Shown here piece by piece: positions 62,701 through 64,000 of a DNA stretch of 64,000 nt. The translations under genes were made by a program, and so were the position numbers. The notes beneath the pieces were generated by a model that worked only from the letters and a program-made list of their open reading frames with translations, was not told the DNA's origin and searched no databases. Position 1 is the first letter of the stretch, and the number at the start of each line of letters is the position of its first letter. This stretch comes from Hypanus sabinus (lineage: Eukaryota), in contig NC_082721.1 of NCBI RefSeq assembly GCF_030144855.1, positions 82,708,001-82,772,000 on the forward strand. The letters run 5' to 3'.

Positions 62701-64000
62701 AGAACGGGATAAAGAACCAAAGGGCTACTACCTGAAGGAGGGAGTGTTGATGAGGAAGTGGAGGCTGACCACGGTGCCAGTCGATGAGGACTGTGCGGTG
62801 GTACATCAGGTGGTAATACCGAAGGTGTATCGGGATTAAATTTTGAACTTAGCTCACAAGGGACCTCTAGGTGGTCATTTGGGAGTAAGGAAGACAATGG
62901 ATAGGGTTATGAAAGATTTCTATTGGCCAAAAATGAGGAAGGGTATAGCTGATTATTGTAAAAGGTGCCATACATGTCAGGCGGTAGGAAAGCCGAACCA
63001 GGTTATCCCTAAGGCACCTCTGAGACCGATACCTGCTTTTGAGGGGCCTTTCTCCTGAATCATTGTGGATTTTGTAGGTCCTTTGCCTAGAACAGTGAGT
63101 GGGTGGCAGTATGTCATGACCATGATGTGTGCCGCTACACGATTTCCAGAGGCTGTGCCCCTGGGGAATATTAGGACCCCTGCGATGGTGAAGGCACTCA
63201 TTAAATTCTTTACCACAGTGGGGCTACCTAAGGAAATACAATCGGATCAGGGGAGTACATTTACATCCAGAGCATTTTAGCAAATGACAACCCAGATGGG
63301 AGTCAAACAAATTTTAGCTTCTGCATACCATCCGGAATCTCAAGGAGCATTGGAAAAATTCCACACTACACTAAAGACCATGATTAAAACTTACTGTCAG
63401 GAAAACGTTCGAGACTGGGATGATGCTTTACCACTTCTGTTTTTTGCAGTGAGGGATACGGTTCAGGAATCTCTGGGGTTCATTCCGTTTGAGCTCGTTT
63501 TTCGTCACAGGCCCAGAGGACCTTTTACCCTACTTAAAGAGAAGTGGTCTAGTCTGAACGTTCAAGTCAGTGTGATTGACTATGTTTTAAAATTCCGGGA
63601 AAGACTCCATAAGGTATGCGCCTTGGCAAAAGAAAAGTTAAGACTCTCAGACGAGAATGAAATAATGGTATGACAAACGTACCCAAGAGCAGGAATTTCA
63701 TGTGGGCGATAAGGTCTTGGTCCTATTCCCTGTAGTTACCAACCCCCTACAGGCGAGGTTTCAAGGACCATACAAAGTAGTTAAGAAAATAGACTCGCTG
63801 AATTATGTGATTGAAACCCCTGATAGACACAAGCCAAACCAGTTGGTTCATGTAAACATGCTGAAAGGTTATCATGAAATGACCCCCGTGGTGGTCGGGG
63901 CAGTCACGAAAACTGATGAGGCAGAGAGGAGTGTTGAGGAGGAACAAGAGCATTTTGAAAAAATAAGTATAATACCCACCAGACTAGAGAACTCGGTTAT
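59708..64000 (+). mobile_element. Second Gmr1-like Gypsy element: 5' LTR (about 59708-60708), gag, protease, integrase; runs off window
   Basis: LTR ends taaca; gag with capsid/SCAN-like block and damaged CCHC knuckle; WDTGA protease motif; HHCC and integrase core follow the protease directly; many stops; LTR start approximate. Confidence 0.88.
60712..60729 (+). promoter_or_regulatory. Primer binding site, perfect tRNA-Pro complement
   Basis: TGGGGGCTCGTCCGGGAT, 3 nt after the LTR end. Confidence 0.9.

Noticed and set aside
1-64000. CRISPR arrays, rRNA, true tRNA genes, prokaryotic operons
   Set aside because: No regularly spaced repeat-spacer units or rRNA; tRNA-like sequences are SINE heads or PBS; the DNA is intron-containing vertebrate sequence

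Overview
Vertebrate genomic DNA dominated by decayed transposable elements. The mix of CR1, HE1-like SINEs, Neptune-type Penelope-like elements (PLE) and Rex1/Babar suggests a shark or ray (inference). One host gene can be reconstructed by hand: an 8-exon, minus-strand ICAM-family gene (ATG 50728, stop 20646). It has a leader exon, six Ig-domain exons and a TM/cytoplasmic exon, all introns are phase-1 GT-AG, and the product is 624 aa. Best leads: (1) a TA-CAG-TA motif at 20657-20663 with the exact form of a Tc1/mariner excision footprint, which frameshifts the cytoplasmic tail and cuts a still-open 65-aa tail frame to a 15-aa tail; (2) a hidden in-phase transmembrane exon in intron 2 (41942-42045) that would give a one-Ig-domain isoform; (3) tandem splice donors that could give a soluble isoform; (4) several copies of a minimal type I hammerhead ribozyme motif in PLE ends, one near-intact at 19224-19261; (5) two Gmr1-like Gypsy elements with tRNA-Pro PBS, the complete one showing integrase before RT and sitting in a three-level nest. 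Exon boundaries are base-exact; most repeat boundaries are approximate. No database searches or alignments were run; family assignments rest on motifs recognised by eye.
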